A stretch of DNA of 55,663 nt, filler included, from Jimgerdemannia flammicorona (taxonomy: Eukaryota): NCBI GenBank assembly GCA_003990765.1. It is 3 parts of 3 records of this genome, joined end to end, with 100 filler letters (N's around TTAATTAATTAA, not from the genome) between each part and the next. Parts side by side here need not be neighbours in the genome. Positions count along the whole stretch, not along the records: positions 1 to 18,490 come from RBNJ01002200.1; positions 18,591 to 37,077 come from RBNJ01002201.1; 1 more part is not named here. One strand, given 5' to 3'. Made by a program: the position numbers and the translations under genes. Positions 9,930 to 22,304 of the stretch are shown piece after piece (positions within the stretch are counted from its first letter, which is position 1; every line of letters starts with the position of its first letter). The notes beneath the pieces are model-generated. The model was given only the letters and a program-made list of their open reading frames with translations, ran no database searches and had not been told where the DNA came from.

Positions 9930-12720
9930 ATGAATAGTACAACCAATTTTTTTTCACTGAACATAAATGGGTTATGGGGTGCTTCTCAACAAAGGAATAT
10001 TTTTACTTGGCTGAAGGGATTGGAGGCCAATCTCTTCCTCTTGCAGAATGTCAGGTGTGAAGATGATGAGGATAAACTGGAATGGATGAAGGAATTGGGA
10101 GGTGAGGTGGGTTGGAAGGGCAAGGTTGGGATTCTGGTATAGAAAGGCAGAGGGGAGATAAGGAATATGTAGAGCTAGGGGAATAGACTGGTCTAGGGTG
10201 AGTGGATACATACTGGATGGGAGCCAATTACAGTGGGCTCTTGTTACTGCCCTACTGTATAGGGTGAGCATGTGGACTGGGTGAAGGGTCTTCAAGAGAG
10301 TGGGATACTAGCAGAGGCTGGGGTGGATGTACTGGGTGGAGACTTTAATATGGTTCGAGAGGTACTGATAGACAGAACAGATGGAGGACAAGGAGTTGAG
10401 GGTCAGAGTAGAGGGCTGGCAGCGTGGGAGGAAGTGGAAAGGCTGAGTGCTCTGGTGAATGTGGGTAGGAAGTACTAGGGGGATAGGAGGGTATACATAC
10501 ATTGGGCAGGAGGCTTGGGGATGAGAATTGATTGGATTCTGATGGCCAGCTGCTGGGGTTTGGATGTTTGGAGGTCACTGGAGGTGGAATGGTGTCCTTG
10601 ATCGGATCATTAGGAGATTTTCGGACAGGGTCAGTTTGGGGGGAGTGGGGATGGGCCTGGATATTGGCACCTCAATTCCTCTTTGTTAGATGATAGGGTC
10701 TGGTGAGATGGGTGGGCTGCAGACATTCAGAGAGACAGAAAGGTGTCCCAGTTGGTGTTTGATGGATGATGATGAAGAAGATGGCCAAGGCATACTGGAG
10801 TGAGGCTGGCAAGGAGACTGGGAGATAGAGGAGGTGAAAGGTGAGATGGGCTTCTAGTAGACTGTCTAGGCTCTTGGGAGATTGGGTGAGACTGGTGACA
10901 TTGGAGGGGGAGGAGATTTGGAGGTCTATAAGAATGAAAAAGGAGGTTGCTGAACTACAACAGGTGTTGCAGGAGGAGGAAGAAGCAAGGGTACAGAGTT
11001 TGGCAGCAAGGCTATGTTGGCAGGGTTTGGAAGAAGGGAAGAGGCCCTTTAAGTTTCTCACAAGGGCCCTTCAGGTGAGAAGGGTGCAACAATGGTGGGA
11101 GGGAGTGTTCAACTCTGATGGTGTCCTGGTCCATAGTATTCAAGATATTCTCGGATCTGGAAAGACACACTGGAGTAGATTGTGGAGTGAGGAGGAGGGT
11201 GGGGTAGATGCCAATGCTATTGGCCATACATTAGAAGGTTGGCAACCCCCACAAGTAGATGGGATGGGTGACTTGATGTTGCCAGTCTAAGAGGAGGAGA
11301 TCTGCCAGGTCCATGCTATGACAATACCAGGTATGGCACCTGGAGAAGATGGTTTGCCCTGGGACTTCTGGAAGAAGATGGTTGAGATCCCAGGAGTACT
11401 GGGTGAGATGACAGCATTGTGTGATCTTATTTTACAGACAGGGAGATGGGTGGGGGAGTAGGATCTGGGGTTGGTGATGTTGCTCTATAAGAACAAAGGA
11501 AGGTGAGAGGACTGGAAGAACTGGAGGCCAATTATGCTCTTAGATATGGACAGAAAGTTGGTTACTAATGTGGTGGTTGCAAGGCTACAAAAGGTAGCAC
11601 AGCAAATCTTGGGCATTGAGCAGAGGGGCTTTGTAGAGGGACGGCTCATTAGGGATGGCATGACCTGGATATATGGAGTTATTGAAGGGGCATGAGCTTG
11701 TGGATTGGATGGGCACCTGGTCTTCTTGGACCAGGAGAAGGCTTACAACTGGGTGAGGTGATTCTGGCTGGAAAAAGTTTTAGATAAGGCTGGGGTTCCA
11801 CACCAGTTCTGGTCAACAATGGTCAGTCTAATGGAAGGGAGTAGGGCAGTGCTCATGTGTAATGGACATCAAGGGGTAGCATTTCCCCTAGGTAGGGGGG
11901 TGCCCCAGGGGGACCCATTGTCCCCTATTTTGTATACCCTTTCCCTGGAACTACTACTGGATAGAATCAGGCAGAAGATAGTGGGGCTCTCTATCTTTGG
12001 TATTGGGTGGAAGGTAGGGGCCTTTGCAGATGACATGGTGGTTGGACTGGGATCAATTGCTGATGTTGAGGAGCTTAAGGAGACAGTGGAGTGGTATGAG
12101 GAGAACTCTGGGGCGAGACTTAATTGGCATAAGTGTGAAACAATGGTGTTAGGCAATGGTCTGGTGGGCAGGGAGAATATTGGAACAATCATCCCTACTG
12201 GTGAGGCAGTGTGGTACTTTGGTATCTATCTATCAGTATATGGGTCAGTAGTACCCAAGCTTTGGTGTGTGCAGCAGGTTGAAATTTGGGGGGAGGCCCT
12301 GCAGAGTTGGGGGGGCTGTCAATTGTCCCTGGCAGGGCATGTTATAATTTTGAACACCTACTGACTGCCAAAGTTGTGGTATCTGGTATATCATCTGGAC
12401 TTCCCATCCTGGGTGGTGAAGAGGCTGATGAAGCTAGCCAAGGAATGGATCTGGGCTGGAAGGAGGAGTCAGATAAACTGGGAGATCTTGTCCTTACTAG
12501 TGGCGAGTGGTGGATTGAGACTGATTGACTTTCTGAAGAGGCTATACTACTTGAGAGTTTGGTGGTTGAAGAGAGCCATGGAATTGAGAGGGAGTGGTTG
12601 GGTTCCCCTATTGCAGAAGGTTTGGAAGAGGCAGTTCTCACTGAGAGGCTCAACTGGTGATCTCCTATCCTTGGTTGGACTTCAGAACACTAATCAATTG
12701 TGATATAAAGGCTTCTGGTG
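9930..12720 (+). pseudogene. LINE ORF2: AP endonuclease + reverse transcriptase
   Basis: FSLNINGL, GGDFN, RIDW, SDH, APGEDG, NWRPIMLL, DQEKAYN, GVPQGDPLSP, FADD, LNWHKC. Confidence 0.92.
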
Positions 12721-12810
12721 ATCAAGGACACCTTTCACCAGTAACATTCAGGTGATACAAGACTCAGACAATACTTTTCACTGCGTTTTTGGTATACAGT
12801 GACTATCAAC

Positions 12811-14727
12811 ATAGATGGCAATGATCGATCTGGTGAGCATACTGGCCAGGGGGGTGCAGGTGCCTTTGGCTGGCAGCAGGTGGAGAGGAGGGGAGATGGT
12901 TTGGGGATGCCGGGGGCCACGATGGCTGGCTGAGGCCCTGGTGGTGGAGGGAGGGGTGGGCTGAGGCAGAGAGGTGGGGAGAGGTCAACCTTCACTGACA
13001 AGGTCAGATTGAGAAAGATGGCCTCAGGCCTGGATGGTTGGCTGGGCCTGGGGAAGGCGTTGATGGCTGCTGCTGGGGGACAGGTAGGTATGCCCAGGGG
13101 AGTCTTAGGGGGCAGGGGAGGAGCTGGTGTAGGGGAGGGAGATGTGCCTGTTGATGAGGCTGTGACTGGGGATCTGGCAAAAAATCCAGATGTGACAGTG
13201 GTTGGTAATTCAGGACTGAGAGGGGGCACAAGGCCCAGGGACCTGGCAGATGGAGTGATGGGCATGGTGTCGGCCCCATTACTCAAAAAGTCGCGGTCAG
13301 AATTCACAGTCATGATGTGCTTCTGGGGCTTGGTGGTGACGGCAAGGATGATTCTGGGGCTGGTGGCACAGGAGGCTAAGGGTGCTGTGTCAGTGAAGTT
13401 TTTGAGGGGGAAGGAAGGAGTTGAGGTGGGGTTTGAGGAGGAAGATACCTTGTTGGCAGCCATGGAGAAGGGGGTGATGGTTGGTGGGGTGGTGGTCTCT
13501 ATGGCCAGGTACATGTGCTGGGACCCCCGAGTGGTGCAGTTGATGGTGTTGGATCTCCCTACCATGTCAAAGGAGAGGACCAGGGAGTTGGTTGTGGAGG
13601 TGATCAAGGAGTATAGCGAGATTGTGGATGTTGGGTTCAAGGTCTGGGAGGGTACAGAGCTTAGGACAGGTGATGTCGATGTCAGGGTGAGGCTGGCTGG
13701 GAAGGAGAATACAGAGAAGTCAAGGGACTGGCCAGCGGTGCTGAGGTGGGGACTGGTGGAGTGTAAGGTCACAAGGGTGAAGGGGACCCTGGAGGAGGAG
13801 GAGGACCTGTTGGAGGCCCTGGAGGATCTGGAAGGGGCGGTGGCAAGGAGGAGATTGGCCTGGGAGGAGTTTGAGGCCAGGACGGTGGTGGGGGAGGTTG
13901 AGGGGAAGAGGGTCCAGATGGAAAAGGGGGCCTGGGAGAAGTTGCAGAGAAGGCGAATCCAGAAGGAGCTGCTGGCGATGTTGGGTGAGGGTGGGGCTGG
14001 TGGTAGTTCAGGAGAGGGAGTTGCAGGGTTGAGGGAGAGCACCTGGGCTGAAGGGGGAGGAATGGCATAGAGTGCAGCTCAGGTTAGAGTGGGGGAGGAA
14101 AGAGTCGGCAATTTGGAGGCAAACACTGAAATGGGCGAAGGTGTGCACCCTACATATAGTGTCCCAGGTAGAGCTGAGGGGGAGGAGGAGCTGCTGGATG
14201 TGCCGGATGAGGAGTGAGATGAGTCTATAAGGAGGAGTGCTCTGGTGGACCCCAAGGTGGATGGGGGATGAATCACTCAGGGTGCGGCGGAGGTAGTGGA
14301 TGAGGAGAAGTGGATGTGGAAGACCCTGGAAGGGGTTGCAGTGGAAGAGCTGGGGGGTGAGGATTTTAGGGTGATGGAAGAGAAGCACTGGGAGGAGATC
14401 CTTAGGGGGGAGGAGGTGCCGAGGAAGATGAGGAATGAGATCCTGGCTGTCCTCCTGGAGTCAGTTGAGTATCAAGTGGATGATCAGCGAGAGGAGGAAC
14501 TTAGGAAAGTAGCAAGTAAAAGGGCACTTTTTTTGTGAACCACGAGGAAGGGACTGGAGAAGTGGTGCACAGTCTGCTTGGACTACCGGTCAGATATGGA
14601 GGAGGTGGACAGGGTGGAATGCCAGGAAATCTTGAGGGCACTGGATGCTCAGGATATTGCAGAGAGTGACTTGGAAGCTGAATGGCACTTGGATCTGGCT
14701 GGGGATGGGATGAGCATGGAATTCTAG
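12811..14727 (+). pseudogene. LINE ORF1 (639 codons; start ATA presumed from ATG)
   Basis: DLAKNPDV…DLADGV…VKFL…VWEGTELRTGDVDV…CKVTRVK, homologous to 7879-9897. Confidence 0.75.
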
Positions 14728-14757
14728 GCTGGGTCTCTTTTACAACATTTTTTCAAT

Positions 14758-17700
14758 ATGAATAGTACAACCAAGATATTCTCGCTGAATGTTAATGGGT
14801 TATGGGGGGCAGCTAGGAGGAAGTATATATTTGGATGGCTTAAGGGACTGGATGCGGATCTCTTCTTATTACAGGATGTTCATTATAAGGCAGATGTGGA
14901 CTTACAGAATTGGACTAAGGAATGGGGGGGCATGGTAGTATGGAGGGGGAAAGTGTGTATTCTCATTTGGAAAGGGATGGGGTACATTGAGGACATTGGA
15001 CATTGGGGGGTCTAGGGTGGTGTGGGGAAGGTGGAAAAGGCCTGGATGGGGCTCATTGATGGTTGGGTCTTGTTACTGCCCAGCTGAGAGAGGGGAGAGA
15101 GTGGATTGGATTCACAGATTGAAGGAGGCTGGTGTACTGGGAGAAGTTGGGCTGGACTGTATGGGGGGTGACTTCAACATAGTCCAGGATAAGGAGATAG
15201 ATGGAATGGATAGTGGGAGAGGCATGTAAGGCGAAAGTGGTGGATTGGGTGACTGGTTAGAGACGGAGAGGTTGTGTTCTTTAGTGGACTCGGGAAGACA
15301 TTTTTGGGCTGAGCGGCAGGTATATATCCACTGGGTGGCGGGGCTGGGCTCTAGGATTGACTGGGTTCTGACTGCAGAGTATTGGGGCATGGATGTCTGG
15401 TCAGCACTGGAAGTAGTATGGTGTCTATGGTCTAATCACTGGGGGCTGTGTAGAGGGGGGAGGTTTGGGGGTAATGAGGATGGACCTGGACATTGGCGGC
15501 TAAATTCTTCATTATTGGAGGATAAGGTATTGTGGGAGGGTTGGAAGATAGAGGTGGTGGGAAATATTGGCAGGTGGTGGGAACAAGGCCTTGGGATTGA
15601 GGACCGCTAGAGACAATTGAAGGCGAATGCTCAGGGGTATTGGAGGGAGGCTGGGAAAGGAAAGTGTGCCCAGTGAAGGTGGAGGGAGCTGTGGGCCTCA
15701 TGGCGCCTGGCTGCACTCATGGAAAGATGGGCAGGGGTGCTGTAGGATGGGGATGTGTCTGATTGGCATATTGTTCGAATTCAGCAAGAGATAGTAGAGC
15801 TTAAAGGGGTGTTGCGCTGTGAGAAGGAGGTGCAAATGCAAGGAATGGCAGCCAGACTATGGTGGCAGGGGCTCAAGGAGGGGGAGAGACCTACTAGGTT
15901 TTTGTCATGATTGTTATGAGCACAATGAACGAAACAGCGGTGGGAGGGAGTTCTGGATGAGGAGGGCGAGCTGGTGGTGGGGACTCTGGCAATTCTGGGC
16001 CTATTGAGAACCCGGTGGAGAAATCTATAGAGTGAAGAAGAGGGTGGAATGGATGCTTTGGATGTTGACAGACAGCTGGGAGACTGGCACCTGGACTCTA
16101 CAATGGGACTTGGGGCATTGGGGGACCCAGTGAGTGGTGGGGAAATTTGTAGAGTTGTGGCCTTGACGAGTAAGGGGACAGCCCCAGGAGAGGATGGACT
16201 TCCCTGGGATTTTTGGCAGAAGATGGCTGGGGTGGGCGAGGTGCTTGAGGAAATGACTGTTATGTGTGATGGGGTTATTTGGTCTGGTGCTTAGATTGGG
16301 GGATAGCATTTGGGGCTATTTTCCTTACTCTACAAGAACAAGGGAAGGCGAGAAGATTGGAGGAACTGGCGGCCGATCATGCTTCTTGACATGGACTGCA
16401 AACTGGTGACAAAGATCTTGGTGATTAGGCTATAAGGAATCACTCAGCAGGTGCTGGGTGTGGAGCAGCGTGGGTTTGTCAGTGGTCAGCTGATTCGAGA
16501 TGGGACAGCTTGGGTTCATGGAGTAATTGAAGGTGCCTGGGCAACAGGGGTAGATGGCAGATTGGTGTTTCTGGACCAGGAGAAGGCCTATGATCGAGTG
16601 CAGAGGATATGGCTGGAGGGAGTGCTGAAATGGATTGGCATTCCCCCAGAGTTTCGAGGATCATTGATCAGTCTCCTGAAGGACAGTCAGGCAGCACTGG
16701 TCATTAATGGCCACAGAGGGGAGACCTTTTCCCTGGGGTGCAGGGTGCCGCAAGGGGACCCATTGTCACCCATTTTGTATGCCCTTTTGCTGGAGCCCCT
16801 ACTGGACAGAATTCGGTAGCAGATTGGGGGTTTGGACATTCTCAAGGTTAATTGGAAGGTGGGGGCCTTTGCTGATGATATGGTGGTCAGGCTGGGCTCT
16901 TTGGAGGATGTGGGGGAGTTACAGAGGTCAGTGGAATGGTATGAGAGGGGTTCCGGTGCTAAACTAAACTGGCACAAATGCAAGACACTGGTGCTGGGAG
17001 CTGGCATTGTTGGTGGTGATGTCATTGGGACAGTGGTACTGGCTGGAGAACCAGTGCATTACTTGGGGATCTACTTTTCAGTATTCGGTTCTCTTCTTCC
17101 CCATGCTTGGTGGGACCATCAGCTTCTGGAGTGGGGAAATGTTCTGTTGCATTGGGGAGGCTGGCACATGTCGCTAGCCAGAAGGGTGATAGTGCTGAAT
17201 GTGTATTGGATGTCTAAGCTGTGGTATGTTGGATATCATTTGGATTTCCCAACCTGGGTGGTCAAGGGGCTGTTGAAGATGGCGAGGTCATGGATCTGGG
17301 GAGGACAGCACAGCCAGGTTGGTTGGGAGGTGCTCACACTGCCCTTGGAAAGAGGTGGGCTGGGCTTAGTGGACTTTACTAAGCGACTCCTTTGTTTGCA
17401 AGCTTGGTGGTTGCAAAGGGTGAGTGAGCTTCGGGGTCAGGAGTGGGTCCCACTCATGCAGAGGTTGTGGGAGGTTCAGTACTCCCCACATGGTGACTCC
17501 GGTGACCTGCTCGCGATGGTGGCCATAGAAGGGAGCAGGAGGATGCAGTTTATGGGCTTCTGGTATGGGGTGGTAGATGGTGCCAAGAAAATTGGTCTTC
17601 ACTGGCGAGGTGATAAAGCTGTGGAGGATTGGGGACTGCAGATGTGGTGGTGGGACAGGCTTCTTCTGGGTGGTGTTCCAGTGGAGAACTTTTAGCTTGG

Positions 17701-18420
17701 TGAAGGTTTGGAGTATCTGCAAGGCCTAGGTAGAGACCTGTGGCCCAAAGCCTGGCAGAGGGTTGGAATTGGTGAAGAGTGGGATTGGCATGGACTCTGG
17801 CCTTGGAGCAAAAGGGTGAGGCAGTGGCTGCCCCCCAAGTTCTGGGTGGTGTGGTGGATGTCCTGCAGCGGAATGTGATGTTGAACTATTGGTCAGGGCA
17901 CTTGGTGGATAGTGGGGCATTCAAGTGTGAGGATTGTTTCAATGTTGGTCAGGAGGGAGGAGTAGTACAAATGCCTGAACATTGGCTTGGTGAGTGTGAG
18001 GTTTTGGAGGAGTTTTGGAAATGTATTATGGATAGGTTAGGGCTAGGTACCTTGGAGGGAGAGAGTGGGGGAAGATGGAGAAAGCTCTGCCAGCGACTGG
18101 TGGGTGGGGTGGGGGATGAATGGCTGACCCTTGGTTGGACTTTGGCTATGTGGGTTAGGTTGGCTGGGCATTGGGTTCATGTCTTTGAGGAAGGGCATAG
18201 GGTAGGGGTCCAGGACAAGGTGGCGTGTTGGGAATAGTTGCTATTGGACATTTTGAATAGCTGGTGGCAGGGTTGGGGGCTAGGGGAGGGACACTGCAGG
18301 GGCTTGGTGCAGTGTATATTCCGGAAGAGTGGGGGAAGGATTCAGGTAGTGGGTAATTGGGTGGTGCTCAGGCAGGGAGAGATTGAGGGGGGTGGGTTGG
18401 GTCCACGGGGCATTGGCTGA
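14758..18420 (+). pseudogene. LINE ORF2: APE + RT + C-terminal CCHC knuckle
   Basis: FSLNVNGL, GGDFN, DQEKAYDRV, PQGDPLSP, FADD, GGLGL, CEDC-x14-H-x4-C at about 17926-17997. Confidence 0.92.
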
Positions 18421-18490
18421 GAGTGGGGGTAACATTGTATTGTTAGAACTATAGACTTCAGTAGTAAAGGGCAGTCCAAGTGACTATAAA

Positions 18491-18590
18491 NNNNNNNNNN
18501 NNNNNNNNNNNNNNNNNNNNNNNNNNNNNNNNNNTTAATTAATTAANNNNNNNNNNNNNNNNNNNNNNNNNNNNNNNNNNNNNNNNNNNN
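18491..18590. other. Assembly gap with artificial six-frame-stop linker
   Basis: 44 N + TTAATTAATTAA + 44 N. Confidence 0.99.
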
Positions 18591-18824
18591 ATGGTAAGTC
18601 TTTGAGCTATTTTGGAATTGGGGTTCTTGTTGGTTGCTGCTACTGCGGTTCCTTGATCCTTCTTTTATATTCTTCAGGATGCTTGTGCTGTGGTCACAAT
18701 GACTCACAGTTGGTCATCGTTGCTCATCTCACATGCCATATGATCTTCTTATACTCTGATCTGGTGGCTTGTAAAGAAAGGCTGTCTCCTGTACTCATGT
18801 CATCATTCTGGGGTCACCGTTACA
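18591..18824 (-). repeat. 5' 234 bp of a family B LTR inserted into the 3' LTR of family A copy 2; remainder lost in gap
   Basis: Reverse complement of 20697-20925 (TGTAACGGTGACCCCAGAATGATGAC…). Abuts ATAG of the A LTR. Confidence 0.93.
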
Positions 18825-18963
18825 ATAGATAAATGTACTGTTTCTGGTATCTCTGGCTAATTATACAGGTTGGCATAGTAAAGCTATCTTGATTGCTTAG
18901 TATACTAGATATAGTATATGACTAATTTATAATTTTGGCAGTACAATTCTATTACTTATTACA
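18825..18963 (-). repeat. Family A 3' LTR (first 139 bp)
   Basis: Matches 36511-36649. Begins TGTAATAAG on the minus strand after AGTGGGGGCTGA. Confidence 0.88.
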
Positions 18964-19003
18964 TCAGCCCCCACTAAAGAATAGTCTGCCCTTAGACAAT
19001 TCT

Positions 19004-19516
19004 TTAGTCACCATTCCAATGTACATAAGTATCTTCAGCATCAATATCTGAACTGGTATCTTTATTTGGATCAGAGTCACTCCATTCAACAGGTTCTTCT
19101 TCTTCCTCTGAGAACAGAATCTCAATATGATTGATGATACTCTAGTAGATAGCAGGATTCATGTTTTATATATTATTCACAGAGAATTGTATCTATATCA
19201 GGACTGGGATATTTTATTTATAAATAGTGTACAATCTGTTTACAGCAGTGGTGTTTTTCTGGGTAAGGCCAGTATAGTTTCTAATGTAGGTTAGGTCTGC
19301 TATTGGGAGGTTCTACAACTATTCTCCAATTGCATAGTAGGTCTATAGCTGATAGACTTGCAGTAAATGTCTGACCAGGGTGAGGTTCTCTTAATGGGTC
19401 TGAATTTGCTGAAGAGGATTTCTATTGGCTTGTCAGAATTATGACAGGAGAACTGGGAGTAATTGGAATGAACTTATAACAAGAGTCTAGAGGTACTGAT
19501 CAATTGTCTAGTTCAT
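19004..19516 (-). pseudogene. Family A accessory ORF between integrase and 3' LTR (170 aa, unknown function)
   Basis: ATG 19516 to TAA 19004 in one frame. All internal stops revert to Gln/Arg codons: …QVYQLQTYYAIGEQLQNL…TAVNRLYTIYKQNIPVL…SEEEEEPVEWSDSD…. Confidence 0.65.
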
Positions 19517-20850
19517 GGTAAGAGAGGTATATCTTGAGATAGTTGATGTATACTGGTGTTCTGAGAGTTCATCTATCTATATTTCTTAAATAGATACTAG
19601 TTCCTCTGATATTGTGTACAAGATAAGATTCTTCTCATTTGGGCTCCAGTTTGGTAGCAAAATTTATCTCAATCATACTTCTTCAGATTAGTACTTGATC
19701 TCCAATATTGATCTTCTGATCCTTCTACTTCTAGTTATAGTACTTCTTTTATCTTTCTTAGACTTTGATAATCTGAGCTTGGGCTTAATTATATAACTAT
19801 TCTGCCTTCTTAAGGAGGTCTCCAAGATTCTCATGGTCAGCAGTTCTGGTTTCCTTGACAAATATTATTTTGAATAGCTTTTGTTTAGTAGAGATAGCAG
19901 GAGTATTCCAAATTTTCCATAGAATCTCAGGTAAGCAGAGGTTCCAGTTAGTAGGATTGACTCAGACAAGTTCTTTCTTGATAGTCTGATTCATTCTTTC
20001 TGTTATACCATTGGTCTGTAGGTAGTATAATGTGGTCTATTTGAGGTAGATCTTATGAATTTAGGTATAACTTATAATTATATTATTGATGAATTCTGTG
20101 CCTCAGTTAGAGATAAGTTCTTCTGGATGTCTATATCTGAGTATAAGTTCATGAAGAAGGTCTACAATGGTCAGGGTATCTGTGATTTCCATTGGGAAAG
20201 CCTTGGACCACTTGGTCAGATATTCTACAAATATAAGAATATATATATTTCTTCTTAGTATAACTGATAGGAGTCTAATTATATCTACTCTCCATCTCTG
20301 AAAGATGTTATCTGATAATATGATTAGTTATAGTAGTGCTTGGTAGTTCTTCCTTCCTTAGTACTTTTGGCAGGTATTATATTTCTTAAGTATGTCTCAG
20401 ACTTGAGTTCTGAGATTGGGCTAATATTGGTATATTGTTTATAGCTTTTCTTCTATATTTGCCTGTCCTTGATGAGCTTTCTGATATTCTTTTTGGATGT
20501 GTCTTGATGGTTAGAGGAGCTTTCTTTAGAGTGTAATTCCTCAGTACATCCTTCTTCTGGTTTATTGGGGTTGGTGGAAAAGTATATCAACATTGTTGTG
20601 AGCTTTCTCTGTCTTGTAAATAATGGTGATTTTGTAATCCTGAAGAATAAGGATCCAATAGACTAGAATTCTAGTAGATTTCTTATAGTTGAATAGTGTA
20701 ACAGTGACTCCAGAATGATGACATCAGCACAGGAGACAGCCTTTCCTTGCAAGCTATCAGATTGGAGCACAAGAAGATCATATGATATATGAGATGAGTA
20801 ATGATGACCAACTGTGAGTCACTGTGACCACAGTATAGTATCTTGAGGAA

Positions 20851-20858
20851 TATAAAAG
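20851..20858 (+). promoter_or_regulatory. TATA-like box upstream of the LTR-internal ORF
   Basis: TATAAAAG 83 nt before ATG 20934, conserved in all three B LTR copies. Confidence 0.4.
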
Positions 20859-20933
20859 AAGGATTAAGAAACTGCAGTAGCAGCAATCAACAAGACCAAT
20901 CCCAAAATAGCCCAAAGACTTATTACAAATAAA

Positions 20934-21797
20934 ATGTCTACTGCTCACCAAACCTCAAGGTCAAGGAACCACCAAGGCACCTCAGTCGAAGAAAGGATGT
21001 TCCAAGACATCAGAAGAGCTATGAGAACCTGCTCAAGAAGGACTCCTAGTATCAACCTGGGTACTGGTGACTCTTATCATTATATCCTCTACCACCATGA
21101 AATAGAAACAAGGATCACTATTGCTACCGAATGCCTCCAAATATGGCAGGAGTACGAAATAGGAAACCTTCTCCACCAGGAGTTTCTATAAGCCAGTACT
21201 CAAGAGCTACAAGATGTCATCCCCATAGATATATATGAAATGAGGATAGCTAAGAAGATCCATCAGATCTTTAAGCATATACCATAGTTGATCCCCAACT
21301 TGAAGTATGTTAGAGTCTTAGATTTTAGAGACCTGTCATCCTACCATATCAATGCACTAGAAGCCAGAGTGGCTACAGAAGCCCAGTCCACTATCACCCT
21401 CAATAGTGATGAAGTAGAAGACTTCTGGCACCCCATCCTCCAAGACAACCCAGACCAATTCCTGTAAGGATTGATCTCAGTATTCCAAGGCCCAAGCATC
21501 CAGGTTAGACCTCCCCAAGACCCCATATTTGTTTCTTATTTTGTAGAAGAGAACTTCATAGATTGGAGAGCCCCTGATTTCCCTGCCGCTGAATGTGATG
21601 ACATCATTGGTGATGATGTCATCCTGCATGACTTTGATATATGTGAGACATATGACTTGCATGAGATACCTGAAGCATGTAAAGTACATGAAACATGTGA
21701 CCTACATGATGAATTCATGGACCTCATCTCCTTTGAAGATATCCTGACCTCTGATGATGAGGATGAAGCCCCCATAGTCTTGAACATTCTGCTCTAA
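20934..21797 (+). pseudogene. Family B LTR-internal accessory ORF (287 aa)
   Basis: 864 nt in one frame with 3 internal stops of CAA/TGG-decay type. ORF-track pieces 20934-21191 and 21471-21797 are in the same frame. Confidence 0.75.
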
Positions 21798-21820
21798 GTC
21801 CTTTATTATACTGGATAATG

Positions 21821-21930
21821 CCAGCACCAGTATTCTGAGGTGATGCAGAATTGTTCCAGCATTGGTATTTGATATAACACTAAATAATACTAGTACTGAT
21901 ATTTTGATGTAATATCAAATTATACCAGCA
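21821..21930 (+). repeat. Three tandem ~35-bp repeats in B U3 (also about 29088-29198)
   Basis: CCAGCACCAGTATTCTGAGGTGATGCAGAATTGTT / CCAGCATTGGTATTTGATATAACACTAAATAATA / CTAGTACTGATATTTTGATGTAATATCAAATTATA. Confidence 0.7.
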
Positions 21931-22035
21931 TCCTGAACCTATACAACTATTAGTACCAACCCTGAAACTTAGTAGTTTTAGTTATTGGAATTTATATTTA
22001 GCTTTATATCTTAGCAATCATTAAATTATATTTTG

Positions 22036-22068
22036 TATAAATACCCTTCTTATTTCCTCTGAAATAAA
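22036..22068 (+). promoter_or_regulatory. Probable main LTR TATA box and poly(A) signal of family B
   Basis: TATAAATA 22036-22043 (same TATAAATACCC context as family C at 43225-43232) and AATAAA 22063-22068. Confidence 0.5.
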
Positions 22069-22304
22069 GTTAGTCTTCTCAGTACAATATATACACTTCC
22101 TTACAAGTAATCTAAGAGATAACAAGACAGTTAAAGATAAGAAGTTTGAGGACTATAGGACCTTGAGAAGGCACTCCAATAAGAACTTGCTTATAACAAA
22201 CTTGAGTTAGTATAAGAGATATACCTTGAAGAGAATCTGACATATTTGAAGGACTCAGCAACCACCACATGACAACTTAGTGCCCATTGGCTGGTGATTC
22301 AAGA

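Larger units (their letters stand above)
7793..12720 (+). mobile_element. L1/Tx1-like non-LTR retrotransposon copy 1, 5' complete, interrupted in late ORF2 by copy 2
   Basis: ORF1 plus ORF2 with APE and RT. Inserted in family A integrase (A sequence ends AAATATATTCTT at 7792). Confidence 0.92.
12721..18490 (+). mobile_element. L1/Tx1-like non-LTR retrotransposon copy 2 (related subfamily), near full length, 3' end at assembly gap
   Basis: Own 5' UTR, ORF1 and ORF2. Retains visibly more CpG than copy 1. Confidence 0.92.
20697..22274 (+). repeat. Family B 5' LTR (1578 bp)
   Basis: TGTAACAG…ATGACA, direct repeat of 27964-29542. Followed by PBS-like T(A)GTGCCCATTGG at 22278. Confidence 0.95.

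Noticed and set aside
8139..14388. Long antisense ORFs in the LINEs (279 aa, 435 aa and others)
   Set aside because: These are Pro/Ser/Thr-rich shadows of the G-rich sense ORF1, where stop codons are rare on the C-rich strand. No motifs.
18535..18546. TTAATTAATTAA palindrome (also 37122-37133)
   Set aside because: Artificial scaffolding linker centred in identical 100-bp N gaps.
19004..19516. env gene in the post-integrase position
   Set aside because: Short, with no signal peptide, furin site or transmembrane helix, and with an acidic tail.
22278..22295. Assigning a tRNA to the family B PBS
   Set aside because: The site is decayed (TAG for TGG) and cannot be matched to a specific tRNA without the host tRNA set.
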